From sequence record MN709127.1: DNA of 64,000 nt; one strand, 5' to 3'. Source of the DNA: Escherichia phage Ec_Makalu_002. Under the pieces are notes generated by a model. It was given only the letters and a program-made list of their open reading frames with translations, was not told the origin of the DNA and made no database searches. The translations under genes were made by a program, and so were the position numbers. The first letter of the stretch is position 1. The number at the start of each line of letters is the position of its first letter. This document shows positions 21,182 through 34,127 of the stretch, one piece after another.

Positions 21182-22015
21182 ATGTTCGGTTGGCACTATA
21201 ATTCGTCAATTAGAAGGTATATTGTATTGCTGGGTAATTTATTTTCCGGCGTACAAATTAAAAGGGTGCGTAGTGACGGTGAGCGTTTTATTAAAGTTCC
21301 TATCACCTACGCAAAGAAAGAAAAATTCATGATGAGTCTGGACAAATATAACAATATCTTAAGCGAGGAAGACGTCGCAAAGGTAGAAACTATTTTACCT
21401 CGTATGTGTCTTTCTTTGATTGATATGACATACGCCCAGAACTTTAAAACCAATATTGCAAATAAGACAGTACCAAAATATACGGCTGATGGAATCAGGA
21501 GCGTAACACAATATAACCCCGTACCATATAAGTTTACTTTCGAGTTAGGGATTTATACGCGTAACGAAGATGATATGTTTCAGATAATTGAACAGATTCT
21601 TCCTTACTTCCAGCCTCATTTTAACTGTAAGATTAAAGAACTACACGGTAATGATGTATGGATTGATCGAGATATTCAGGTCACAATTAGTTCTATTACT
21701 CCAGATGAACAGGTAGGCGAAGATAAGTTTTCTCGTCGTCGTCTTGAGTGGACCATTATGTTTGAGTTCATCGGGTTTATCTATCCTCCAGCCACCGACG
21801 TTAAGGGGGAAATCAGAACGATTTATCTTGATTTTCATGCTAATTCTCGTGAATTAAATCCTAGCGGTAATTTTGAATCTGTGGATCATGAAGTTGTTAA
21901 ACGTGATGTTGAGCAAGAAGAATGGGACGGAACTATCAAAGAATCATATTCTAGTGATATTCCAATACCAGTTGCACCGACTCCACCGGGTCCACGTATT
22001 GTAAGAGAATTTTAA
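21182..22015 (+). CDS. 15: Tail sheath stabiliser / tail completion protein gp15
   Basis: ORF track starts at TTG 21152 inside gene 14; ATG 21182 has AGGGGG site and gives ~277 aa (T4 gp15 272 aa). Confidence 0.8.
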   Translation: MFGWHYNSSIRRYIVLLGNLFSGVQIKRVRSDGERFIKVPITYAKKEKFMMSLDKYNNILSEEDVAKVETILPRMCLSLIDMTYAQNFKTNIANKTVPKYTADGIRSVTQYNPVPYKFTFELGIYTRNEDDMFQIIEQILPYFQPHFNCKIKELHGNDVWIDRDIQVTISSITPDEQVGEDKFSRRRLEWTIMFEFIGFIYPPATDVKGEIRTIYLDFHANSRELNPSGNFESVDHEVVKRDVEQEEWDGTIKESYSSDIPIPVAPTPPGPRIVREF

Positions 22016-22028
22016 GAGGTAATTTATT

Positions 22029-25342
<3,314 letters not shown>

Positions 25343-25373
25343 CGATAATGCATAAAAAGATGAGGAAATTCTA

Positions 25374-27374
25374 ATGACTCTATTATCACCGGGTTTCGAA
25401 ACGAAAGAAACTACTCTCTCCACTACCATTGTGCAATCTGCGACTGGTCGCGCGGCACTGGTAGGTAAATTCCAATGGGGTCCAGCTTTCCAGATTATTC
25501 AAGTAACTAATGAAGTTGAATTAGTTAATAAATTTGGTCAGCCGGATAATAACACCGCAGACTATTTCATGAGCGGGGCTAACTTCCTCCAGTACGGTAA
25601 TGATCTGCGTGTTGTTCGTGTATTGAATAAAGAAAAAGCGAAAAACGCAACCGCACTGGCTGGTAACATCGAGTTTGAAATCACAAACGAAGGTTCAAAC
25701 TATGAAGTAGGCGATACCATCAAGATTAAACATAACCGTCAAGATATTGAAACGGCAGGTAAAGTAACTAAAGTTGATGGTGATGGTAAAGTTAAGGGCG
25801 TATTTATCCCAACTGGTAAAATTATCGCTCACGCTAAAGCAATCGGTGTATATCCAGAACTTGATGGCGGTTGGACGGCAGAGTTCACTTCTTCGTCAGG
25901 TAACGGTAGTGCGGCGCTGTCAGTAACTAAAATTGTTACTGATTCCGGTCTTCTGTTAACGGATCTGGAAACTTCCCGCGCCAATATCACAAATCAAACT
26001 TTCTTGACTAAACTCCAGAAGTATGATATGCCAGCGGTAAGCGCGATCTATGCTGGTGAGATTGGCAACTCGCTGGAAGTTGAAATTCTGGCACGTAGTG
26101 CGTTTAAGAACACTGCACCGGATCTGACCATGTATCCTTATGGTGGCGAGCGCACCGCAGCACGCAACCTGATTCCATATGCACCGCAGAATGATAATCA
26201 ATATGCATTTATTGTTCGTCGCGATGGTGTTGTGGTAGAATCCTATGTACTGTCTACTCTGAAAGGGGATAAAGACGTATACGGCAATTCTATCTACATG
26301 GACGACTTCTTTGCTCGTGGTTCTAGCCAGTACATCTATGCAACCGCTCAAGGGTGGGTAGATGGTTTCAGTGGTATTATCTCTCTTGCTGGTGGTGTTT
26401 CTGCTAACGAGGCAACGACTGGTGGAGTTGGTGCTGATCCGTTCATCGGTGCGATGATGCAAGGTTGGGATCTGTTTGCTGAACGTGAATCTATTCACGT
26501 AAACCTTCTGATCGCTGGTGCATGTGCTGGCGAAGGCGATGCGTTCTCTACCGTACAGAAACATGCTGTTTCCATCGGTGATGAGCGTCAGGATTGCTTA
26601 GTAATGGTTTCTCCGCCGCGTAGCACTGTTGTTAATATTCCGGTGACTACTGCAATTGATAATCTGATTGCATGGCGCGAAGGTTCAGGAAACTATAATG
26701 AAAACAACATGAACATTAATACCACTTACGCGGTTATTGATGGTAACTACAAATATCAGTATGACAAATACAACGACGTAAACCGTTGGGTTCCGTTGGC
26801 TGCTGATATTGCTGGTTTGTGCGCTCGTACTGATGCTGTATCCCAGCCGTGGATGAGTCCGGCAGGTTATAACCGTGGTCAGATCATGAACGTGGTTAAA
26901 CTGGCAATTGAGCCTCGCAAGGCGCACCGCGATCGTCTGTATCAGGCCGCAATTAACCCGGTGATCGGTGCTGGTGGTGAAGGGTTTATCCTGATGGGTG
27001 ATAAAACCGCTACGACTGTTCCCAGCCCGTTTGACCGCATTAACGTTCGTCGTCTGTTTAACATGCTGAAAAAGAATATCGGCGATTCAAGCAAATACAA
27101 ACTGTTTGAAAACAACGATAACTTTACTCGCGCTTCTTTCCGTATGGAGGTTTCGCAATATCTCAGCACGATTCGCTCTCTGGGCGGCATTTATGACTTC
27201 CGAGTACAATGCGACACCACGAATAACACGCCGGATGTAATTGATCGTAACGAATTTGTTGCTAGTATGTTCATCAAACCAGCAAAATCGATCAACTATA
27301 TCATGCTCAATTTCACTGCTGTTGCAACGGGTTCTGATTTTGACGAAATTATCGGTCCAGCTAACCAGGCATAA
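25374..27374 (+). CDS. 18: Tail sheath protein gp18
   Basis: 666 aa; synteny and size (T4 gp18 659 aa). Confidence 0.9.
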   Translation: MTLLSPGFETKETTLSTTIVQSATGRAALVGKFQWGPAFQIIQVTNEVELVNKFGQPDNNTADYFMSGANFLQYGNDLRVVRVLNKEKAKNATALAGNIEFEITNEGSNYEVGDTIKIKHNRQDIETAGKVTKVDGDGKVKGVFIPTGKIIAHAKAIGVYPELDGGWTAEFTSSSGNGSAALSVTKIVTDSGLLLTDLETSRANITNQTFLTKLQKYDMPAVSAIYAGEIGNSLEVEILARSAFKNTAPDLTMYPYGGERTAARNLIPYAPQNDNQYAFIVRRDGVVVESYVLSTLKGDKDVYGNSIYMDDFFARGSSQYIYATAQGWVDGFSGIISLAGGVSANEATTGGVGADPFIGAMMQGWDLFAERESIHVNLLIAGACAGEGDAFSTVQKHAVSIGDERQDCLVMVSPPRSTVVNIPVTTAIDNLIAWREGSGNYNENNMNINTTYAVIDGNYKYQYDKYNDVNRWVPLAADIAGLCARTDAVSQPWMSPAGYNRGQIMNVVKLAIEPRKAHRDRLYQAAINPVIGAGGEGFILMGDKTATTVPSPFDRINVRRLFNMLKKNIGDSSKYKLFENNDNFTRASFRMEVSQYLSTIRSLGGIYDFRVQCDTTNNTPDVIDRNEFVASMFIKPAKSINYIMLNFTAVATGSDFDEIIGPANQA

Positions 27375-27407
27375 TCAGTAAATTAGCATAGATTAAAAGT
27401 TAAGTCA

Positions 27408-27428
27408 AGCGGGGAGAAAATCCCCGCT
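27408..27428 (+). terminator. Stem-loop after gene 18 (weak terminator)
   Basis: GCGGGGAGAAAATCCCCGC; weak T-tract. Confidence 0.5.
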
Positions 27429-27447
27429 CTATTAAGGAATATCAATT

Positions 27448-27942
27448 ATGGCACTCGATTTGAATGATATTACACGCGGTTTCGAGTCTGGCGATTTTGC
27501 TCGTCCTAACCTGTTTGAAGTTGAGATCCCGTATCTGGGGCAAAACTTTAAGCTGATGTGTAAGGCTGCTACTGTCCCGGCTGCTACCGTAGAAAAAATT
27601 GCTGTAGGCTATCAAAACCGTAAAATTAACATCGCTGGCGACCGTGTATACGACGACTGGACCATCACTGTATTCAACGATGACGCACACAAGATCCGTG
27701 ATGCTATCGTTGCATGGAGCGATCAGACACATGGCACTGGTTCGGCGATCACGGGTGCAACTCCTGCACAATATAAGAAACAAGCTATTGTTCGTCAACT
27801 TAACCGTAACACCGAATCAACTAGCGAAAAAACATTGTACGGTATTTTCCCTACCAACGTTGGTGAAGTAACCCTCGATTGGGAACAAAACAACGAAGTT
27901 GAAACGTTTGAAGTTACTTTTGCTATCGATTGGGTAGAATAA
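27448..27942 (+). CDS. 19: Tail tube protein gp19
   Basis: 164 aa; synteny and size (T4 gp19 163 aa). Confidence 0.9.
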   Translation: MALDLNDITRGFESGDFARPNLFEVEIPYLGQNFKLMCKAATVPAATVEKIAVGYQNRKINIAGDRVYDDWTITVFNDDAHKIRDAIVAWSDQTHGTGSAITGATPAQYKKQAIVRQLNRNTESTSEKTLYGIFPTNVGEVTLDWEQNNEVETFEVTFAIDWVE

Positions 27943-27954
27943 ATATATTATCAT

Positions 27955-27973
27955 GCGGGGAGAAGTTCCCCGC
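27955..27973 (+). terminator. Stem-loop after gene 19, near-identical to the one after gene 18
   Basis: GCGGGGAGAAGTTCCCCGC. Confidence 0.5.
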
Positions 27974-28000
27974 CTAATTTCTCCCAATTCGAGGTGAATA

Positions 28001-29566
28001 ATGTTTAGTAGATTAAAAATGCTTGCGCGTTGGGCTGATTTTGACAACGACAAATACGAAGAACAAATTAAAGATAAAGCAGAGTCTATCGCCGCACCTA
28101 AAAACAATGATGGTGCTACGGAAGTAGAAATTAACGATAATTCACCTGCTAGCTCGTGGAACTCTCTTACCCAGCAATTTTACAGCACCGACCAGAAAAT
28201 CAGCACAACTAAGCAATTAGTTAACACATATCGCGGTTTGATGAATAACCATGAAGTCGAAAACGCTGTACAAAATATCGTTAACGATGCGATTGTATTT
28301 GAAGAAGGTCATGAAGTTGTTTCATTAAATCTTGAGGCGACTGGCTTTAGTGAATCTGTAAAAGAGCGCATTCATGAAGAATTTAAAGATCTTTTAAACA
28401 CTATCCAGTTTGATAGGCGCGGTCAGGATATGTTCCGTCGCTGGTATGTCGATTCGCGTATTTTCTTCCATAAAATCATCGGCAAAAATCCAAAAGATGG
28501 TATCATAGAATTACGCCAGCTTGATCCACGAAATCTTGAATATGTTCGCGAGATCATTACAGAAGACACACCGGAAGGTAAAATTTATAAAGCAACGAAA
28601 GAATATTTCATTTACACTGTAGGTAATAGCTCTTATTGCGCAGGTGGTCAAGTATTCTCTCCTAACAGTCGCGTTAAAATCCCGCGTAGTGCTATTACAT
28701 ACGCTCACAGCGGCTTGATGGATTGCGATGATAAATATATCATTGGTTATTTGCATCGGGCTGTTAAGCCAGCAAACCAGCTTAAATTGTTGGAAGACGC
28801 AATGGTCGTTTATCGTATCACGCGTGCACCGGAACGCCGAGTGTTCTTTATTGATACCGGAAACATGAACAACCGCAAGGCTGCACAGCACATGAACTCA
28901 GTGGCACAGTCTTTTAAAAACCGCGTTGTTTATGATGCATCGACTGGTAAACTTAAAAACCAGCAAGCAAATCTATCAATGACAGAGGACTACTGGTTAC
29001 AGCGTCGAGATGGTAAAGCAATAACCGACGTTACTACTTTACCTGGTGCATCCGGTATGAGTGATATCGATGATATTCGCTACTTTAACCGTAAATTGTA
29101 TGAAGCGTTGCGTGTACCATTGTCACGCAGTAATCTCTCCGATGCTAATATGGTGATCGGTGGTGACGGTTCAGAAATTACTCGCGATGAGTTGGAATTT
29201 TCGAAATTCATTAGAACTCTGCAATCACAGTTTTCGGAAGTATTGCGCGATCCTCTGAAATATAATCTGATTCTCAAAAATGTAATTACGGAAGATGATT
29301 GGGATCGTGAAATAAATAATATCAAGGTGGTTTTCCATCGGGACTCTTATTATACAGAAGTTAAAGACGCGGAAATTTTAGAACGTCGAATCGGTCTAAT
29401 CGAACGTATTACACCTTACATTGGTAAATATTTCTCTAACCAGACAGTGATGCGTGACATTCTGAAATATACCGATGACCAGATGGACACCGAGAAGAAA
29501 CAGATCGAAGAAGAAGCGAACGATCCGCGCTTTAAACAAACTCCCGATGAAATAGAGGATTTTTAA
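28001..29566 (+). CDS. 20: Portal vertex protein gp20
   Basis: 521 aa; synteny and size (T4 gp20 524 aa). Confidence 0.9.
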   Translation: MFSRLKMLARWADFDNDKYEEQIKDKAESIAAPKNNDGATEVEINDNSPASSWNSLTQQFYSTDQKISTTKQLVNTYRGLMNNHEVENAVQNIVNDAIVFEEGHEVVSLNLEATGFSESVKERIHEEFKDLLNTIQFDRRGQDMFRRWYVDSRIFFHKIIGKNPKDGIIELRQLDPRNLEYVREIITEDTPEGKIYKATKEYFIYTVGNSSYCAGGQVFSPNSRVKIPRSAITYAHSGLMDCDDKYIIGYLHRAVKPANQLKLLEDAMVVYRITRAPERRVFFIDTGNMNNRKAAQHMNSVAQSFKNRVVYDASTGKLKNQQANLSMTEDYWLQRRDGKAITDVTTLPGASGMSDIDDIRYFNRKLYEALRVPLSRSNLSDANMVIGGDGSEITRDELEFSKFIRTLQSQFSEVLRDPLKYNLILKNVITEDDWDREINNIKVVFHRDSYYTEVKDAEILERRIGLIERITPYIGKYFSNQTVMRDILKYTDDQMDTEKKQIEEEANDPRFKQTPDEIEDF

Positions 29567-29806
29567 ATGAAACAATTTATCGAAGCAATTAAAACTCGCG
29601 ATCTAACGCTGATCGAAAAAGAATTTGATAAGATCATGGAGGCTAAAAAAGCCCAGATCATCGAATCCCAGCGTGTCGAAATCGCATCCAGTATCATGAT
29701 CGAAGGTGAAGAAGAAAAAGACCGCGATGATGAGGAAGATATGGAAGATGAGGACGACGAAGACGAAGATCGCAAAGACGATAAAAAAGACAAAGAAGAC
29801 GAATAA
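29567..29806 (+). CDS. 67: Prohead core protein gp67 (acidic)
   Basis: 79 aa with Asp/Glu-rich C-terminus; position between 20 and 68. Confidence 0.7.
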   Translation: MKQFIEAIKTRDLTLIEKEFDKIMEAKKAQIIESQRVEIASSIMIEGEEEKDRDDEEDMEDEDDEDEDRKDDKKDKEDE

Positions 29807-29818
29807 TAGGAAGCCAAC

Positions 29819-30226
29819 ATGATTAAAGATTTTACTCCTAAAGCTGACTTAGAAACTTTTCTGCCGGAAGCACAGGAAAAATTGGACATGTTGGCTATGT
29901 TTGAGTCAGAAGAACTATTGAAAATCGTTGAAGGTATCGCCGAAGATGAGCCAGAATTGGCTGTAGCAATGTTGTCTATTATCGACGGAATTACTGTAAA
30001 CGAAGCAATGGTTAAACATGTAAACGCACGCGGGGAAGTTGCACGCAAGAAAGATCGCAAAACCCGTGAGCGTAATGCTTACATGACTACTGGCCTAAGC
30101 AAAGCTAAACGCCGTCAAATTGCCCGTCGTGCTGCAAAAACCAAACGCGCAAATCCATCTATCGAACGTCATGCGGAACGTAAGCGCAAAAAAGCAATGC
30201 GTAAACGTAAGGCGTTAGGATTATAA
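29819..30226 (+). CDS. 68: Prohead core protein gp68
   Basis: 135 aa, basic C-terminus; position upstream of protease gene. Confidence 0.7.
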   Translation: MIKDFTPKADLETFLPEAQEKLDMLAMFESEELLKIVEGIAEDEPELAVAMLSIIDGITVNEAMVKHVNARGEVARKKDRKTRERNAYMTTGLSKAKRRQIARRAAKTKRANPSIERHAERKRKKAMRKRKALGL

Positions 30227-30237
30227 CAGGAAACAAC

Positions 30238-30933
30238 ATGGAAAAGAACGAATTACTGATCGAACAATGGGGCGTTCCTTGTGCTCGCGGTAGTTCGTCA
30301 TTGCTTGAATCATTTGATGATAAGGCTACAGGAAATCTCTATATTCAAGGGATTTTCCTGCAAGCCGAAACGGTAAACCGCAATAAACGCTGGTATCCTC
30401 GCAGTGTTCTAGAAAATGCGGTTACTAAATACATACATGAACAAGTTGAGACACATCAAGCTCTAGGCGAACTTAATCACCCAGCAAGAGCAATGCCAGA
30501 TCCATCTAATGCTTGCATCATAATTGAAAAATTATGGTGGGAAGGTAATAACGTGATGGGTAAAGCCCGTGTTATTGAAGGGGATAAAGGCGCAGGTGAT
30601 AAACTTGCTGCACTGATTCGCGCTGGCTGGATTCCTGGCGTTTCCTCCCGTGGGTTGGGTCGGTTGAAAGACTCTGGTCGCGGATACAATATTGTACAGG
30701 AAGGTTTTGTGTTGACGGTTGGTGTTGATGTTGTTTGGGGTCCAAGCGCACCAGATGCGTGGGTAACTCCTGTGGTTGAGTCAACGGATATCGATTCTAG
30801 CGCGTCAGACGCACCAGAAAGTGATAAAACCGAAAAAGTGACTAACCCTACAGCCCCACAACAAAACATCGTAGAATTGAATAATAGCGCGTTTATGGCG
30901 CTCGCAGAAGCGTTATCTAAACGTTATAAATAA
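30238..30933 (+). CDS. 21: Prohead core protease gp21
   Basis: 231 aa; synteny (67-68-21-22-23) and size. Confidence 0.8.
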   Translation: MEKNELLIEQWGVPCARGSSSLLESFDDKATGNLYIQGIFLQAETVNRNKRWYPRSVLENAVTKYIHEQVETHQALGELNHPARAMPDPSNACIIIEKLWWEGNNVMGKARVIEGDKGAGDKLAALIRAGWIPGVSSRGLGRLKDSGRGYNIVQEGFVLTVGVDVVWGPSAPDAWVTPVVESTDIDSSASDAPESDKTEKVTNPTAPQQNIVELNNSAFMALAEALSKRYK

Positions 30934-30964
30934 TAACGTCGTTATCAACAAGAAGGTTATAACC

Positions 30965-31759
30965 ATGCTTAAAGAAATGCTGCTCGAAGAAGCAAAACAG
31001 ATCACCGTAGACGTTGCTCTCGATGACCTGTTTGAATCCGTCGAACTGTCGCCGGAAGTAAAAGAAAATTTTGGTACTATCTACGCTCAGGCGGTAAAAG
31101 CTAATGCTGTTGCTCTGGCAGAAAGCCACATTGAAAAAATCGCCGCTAAAGCCGATGAACTGGTAGAATCAAAGGTCGAAGAAGCACGTACCGAGATTGA
31201 AACCAAACTATACGAAGATGCAGATAAATTCCTGAATCACTTAGGCGCTAAATGGCTGGCAGAAAATAAAGAAGCCGTCACCCGTAATATTAAAGCGGAT
31301 CTGTGCGAATCCCTGATTGGTTCTCTGAAAGATGTTTTCGTTACTCACAATGTTGTAGTACCGGAAGAATCTGTAGACGTTGTTGCGGAACTTGACGAAG
31401 CACTCAAAGAAGAAAAAGAAAAAACCTCTGAACTCTTTGATGCCAAACTGCAACTTGAAAGCGAAATTCGTGGCATGAAGCGCGAACAAGCGATCAATGA
31501 AAGCACTCGTGATCTTTCCGATACTCAGAAAGAAAAAGTAACCGCGCTGATTGAAGGTCTGGAATATAGCGAAACTTTCGATAAGAAATTAACTGCAATT
31601 GTCGAAATGGTTGCTAAGAAAGAAGACAAACCAGCGAAGATTGAAGAATCACTAAATACTGATGCCGACAAGCTGAATGTTATTGCAGAAGCTGTCGAAG
31701 AATCAGAGAAAAAGGCAACTGTAGATTCCGGCGTATCCCGCTACCTGAATTTCATCTAA
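30965..31759 (+). CDS. 22: Prohead core scaffold protein gp22
   Basis: 264 aa; Glu/Lys/Ala-rich, predicted helical; upstream of major capsid gene. Confidence 0.8.
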   Translation: MLKEMLLEEAKQITVDVALDDLFESVELSPEVKENFGTIYAQAVKANAVALAESHIEKIAAKADELVESKVEEARTEIETKLYEDADKFLNHLGAKWLAENKEAVTRNIKADLCESLIGSLKDVFVTHNVVVPEESVDVVAELDEALKEEKEKTSELFDAKLQLESEIRGMKREQAINESTRDLSDTQKEKVTALIEGLEYSETFDKKLTAIVEMVAKKEDKPAKIEESLNTDADKLNVIAEAVEESEKKATVDSGVSRYLNFI

Positions 31760-31777
31760 TGTAATTCAAATCTACTT

Positions 31778-31785
31778 TATAAATA
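31778..31785 (+). promoter_or_regulatory. T4-type late promoter TATAAATA upstream of gene 23
   Basis: Exact TATAAATA about 34 nt upstream of ATG 31819. Confidence 0.65.
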
Positions 31786-31818
31786 CTTTAGGTTAACAAC
31801 AAACAAGGTTTAAAGAAC

Positions 31819-33405
31819 ATGAAAACTACCAAAGAACTGATGGAAAAATGGTCCCCGCTGCTGGAGAACGAAAAACTGCCGGAAATCGCAACTGCGTCTA
31901 AGCAGAAACTGGTTGCTAAAATTCTGGAATCTCAGGAAGCGGATTTTGCTGTAGACCCGATCTATAAGGATGAAAAAGTTGTTGAAGCATTCGGTGGCTT
32001 TATCGCAGAAGCCGAAGTTGCTGGCGACCACGGTTATGACGCATCTCAGATCGCGGCTGGTCAGACTACTGGTGCAATCACTAACGTAGGTCCGGCTGTT
32101 ATCGGTATGGTTCGCCGTGCTATTCCTAACCTGATCGCATTTGATATTTGTGGCGTTCAGCCGATGAGCACCCCGACTAGCCAGATCTTTGCAATCCGTT
32201 CTGTATACGGTCCTAACCCGCTGGCGGCTCAGGCTAAAGAAGCATTCCATCCGATGTATGCGCCTGATGCGTTCCATAGCTCTCTTGCTGCTAAAGGTGC
32301 AATTGTCGGTTCTCCGACCGGGACTCCGTTTGCTAAACTGGCAATCGGTACTCAGATTGAAGCAGGTGATATTGTACACCACACCTTCGCAGAAACTGGC
32401 ATTGCATATCTGCAAAACGTTACCGCAGAACAAGTAACCCCGACCAAAGCTGGCAGCGAGTCCGAAGATGAAGTTGTCATGAAGCTGATGGAAGAAGGTA
32501 AACTGGCTGAAATCGCTTTCGGTATGGCGACTTCCATTGCCGAAATTCAGGAAGGCTTTAACGGTTCCAGCAATAACCCGTGGGCTGAAATGTCAATGCG
32601 TATTGACAAACAGGTTGTTGAAGCGAAATCTCGCCAACTGAAAGCCCGTTACTCTATCGAAGTTGCGCAGGATCTGCGTGCTGTACACGGTATGGATGCT
32701 GACGCTGAACTGAATGCTATCCTGGCTAACGAAGTTCTGCTGGAAATCAACCGTGAAATCGTTGACGTCATCAACTTTACCGCTCAGGTTGGTAAGACTG
32801 GTATGACTCAGACCGTTGGTTCTAAAGCTGGTGTATTTGACCTGCAAGACCCGATCGATACTCGCGGTGCTCGTTGGGCTGGTGAATCCTTCAAATCTCT
32901 GATCTACCAGATCGACAAAGAAGCTGCTGAAATCGCTCGTCAGACTGGTCGCGGTGCGGGTAACTTTGTTATCGCTTCCCGTAACGTTGTAAACATTCTG
33001 GCTTCTGCTGATCAGGGTATCAGTCTTGCTATGCAGGGTGCTGCAAAAGGTCTGAATACCGACACCACTAAAGCTGTTTTCGCTGGTGTTCTGGCTGGTA
33101 AGTACAAAGTGTTCATCGACCAGTATGCTCGTCAAGACTACTTCACCGTAGGTTACAAAGGCGACAACGAAATGGATGCTGGTATCTACTATGCTCCGTA
33201 TGTTGCTCTGACTCCGCTGCGTGCAACTGACCCGCAGTCTTTCCACCCGGTTCTGGGCTTCAAGACTCGCTATGGCATCGGTATTAACCCGTTTGCAGAC
33301 AGCAAATCCCAGGCACCGTCCGCTCGCATCACCTCCGGTATGTTGAGCAAAGACAGCGTAGGTAAAAACGCATACTTCCGCCGTGTATGGGTTAAAGGTT
33401 GCTAA
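31819..33405 (+). CDS. 23: Major capsid protein gp23
   Basis: 528 aa; long identical stretches to T4 gp23 as recalled (GDHGY, MVRRAIPNLIAFDICGVQPM, SRQLKA.YSIE.AQDLRAVHGMDADAEL, YFRRV.VKG). Confidence 0.95.
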   Translation: MKTTKELMEKWSPLLENEKLPEIATASKQKLVAKILESQEADFAVDPIYKDEKVVEAFGGFIAEAEVAGDHGYDASQIAAGQTTGAITNVGPAVIGMVRRAIPNLIAFDICGVQPMSTPTSQIFAIRSVYGPNPLAAQAKEAFHPMYAPDAFHSSLAAKGAIVGSPTGTPFAKLAIGTQIEAGDIVHHTFAETGIAYLQNVTAEQVTPTKAGSESEDEVVMKLMEEGKLAEIAFGMATSIAEIQEGFNGSSNNPWAEMSMRIDKQVVEAKSRQLKARYSIEVAQDLRAVHGMDADAELNAILANEVLLEINREIVDVINFTAQVGKTGMTQTVGSKAGVFDLQDPIDTRGARWAGESFKSLIYQIDKEAAEIARQTGRGAGNFVIASRNVVNILASADQGISLAMQGAAKGLNTDTTKAVFAGVLAGKYKVFIDQYARQDYFTVGYKGDNEMDAGIYYAPYVALTPLRATDPQSFHPVLGFKTRYGIGINPFADSKSQAPSARITSGMLSKDSVGKNAYFRRVWVKGC

Positions 33406-33487
33406 TATAAGCCATTCCTGAAAAACTCCGGTCGGGTGCAATACCCGACTTATCATAAACCTTATGACAGTGTAAAGTGTTAATTCC

Positions 33488-33519
33488 AAAGGGAAGACTC
33501 GAAAGGGTCTTCCCTTTTT
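33488..33519 (+). terminator. Strong rho-independent terminator after gene 23
   Basis: 11-bp stem AAAGGGAAGAC/GTCTTCCCTTT followed by TTTTT. Confidence 0.7.
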
Positions 33520-33535
33520 GCGTATTATATCCCAT

Positions 33536-33543
33536 TATAAATA
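33536..33543 (+). promoter_or_regulatory. T4-type late promoter TATAAATA in the 23-24 intergenic region
   Basis: Exact TATAAATA; downstream target unclear. Confidence 0.5.
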
Positions 33544-33891
33544 AGGTTGCAAGCCTATATTCTATTTGGAGCGAAAATAGATACACACAACAAAGACAGG
33601 AAGATGCAGAACATCGGCGGGTTGCGATCCTAAATCCGGTGGCTATGATATGTGATTTCTTTTGATGCTGGATTTATTAAATTCCACCAATTTTCGTAGT
33701 AACTGCATGGCAAAGGGACCAATGAATGAAATGAGCGTTCATGTTGATATTGTGTTGGATAGATTTGGTAGATATACAGTTCTGGTGTATGCCGACCTTG
33801 TTATGACATTCCAGCGTGACGCTAGCGGTAATTTTTGGTTTTGGTACGCTGTTCCCTGAATTAACCCAAAATTCTCCATAAGGAGGAATGC

Positions 33892-34044
33892 ATGAGTAAG
33901 AAAGAAAACAGCTATGTTATGACTCGTAAGGAATACAACGAATTGATGTTAGCATTAGCTTATGCAATTATTCGTTCTGATCATGCAATTAATCTGGTAA
34001 ACAAAGTTAACCGTAGCGTTGATAATGTTTCTAGGAAGAAGTAA
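33892..34044 (+). CDS. Small hypothetical protein (50 aa)
   Basis: ATG preceded by AGGAGG at optimal spacing; followed by terminator hairpin; below ORF-track size cut-off. Confidence 0.4.
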   Translation: MSKKENSYVMTRKEYNELMLALAYAIIRSDHAINLVNKVNRSVDNVSRKK

Positions 34045-34053
34045 GTTTATTTT

Positions 34054-34078
34054 GGAATCCTTCGGATTCCTTTTTCTT
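34054..34078 (+). terminator. Rho-independent terminator
   Basis: GGAATCC-TTC-GGATTCC followed by TTTTT. Confidence 0.55.
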
Positions 34079-34082
34079 TTTG

Positions 34083-34090
34083 TATAAATA
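34083..34090 (+). promoter_or_regulatory. T4-type late promoter TATAAATA upstream of gene 24
   Basis: Exact TATAAATA about 38 nt upstream of ATG 34128. Confidence 0.6.
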
Positions 34091-34127
34091 TGATATATCC
34101 ATTAAGGCAAATACAGGATTCATAAAC

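Noticed and set aside
25956-26564. 202-aa minus-strand ORF inside gene 18
   Set aside because: Lies entirely antisense within the tail sheath gene, has no ribosome site and a low-complexity composition typical of shadow ORFs.
29563-30060. 165-aa Ser-rich minus-strand ORF antisense to genes 67/68
   Set aside because: Mirror image of the acidic GAA/GAT-rich coding repeats of gp67; low complexity, no start context.
32593-33489. 298-aa minus-strand ORF (and 31810..32433, 207 aa) antisense to gene 23
   Set aside because: Antisense shadow ORFs inside the major capsid gene; the plus-strand frame is strongly supported by resemblance to T4 gp23.
34080-34127. N-terminal extensions from TTG/GTG starts in the ORF track (34080 for gene 24; also 21152 gene 15, 3617 gp5.1, 39850 uvsW, 54178 DUF262, 57777 P2)
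   Set aside because: Each extension begins at a non-ATG codon, overlaps the upstream gene or a promoter, and an in-frame ATG with a Shine-Dalgarno sequence lies just downstream and matches the T4 N-terminus where known.
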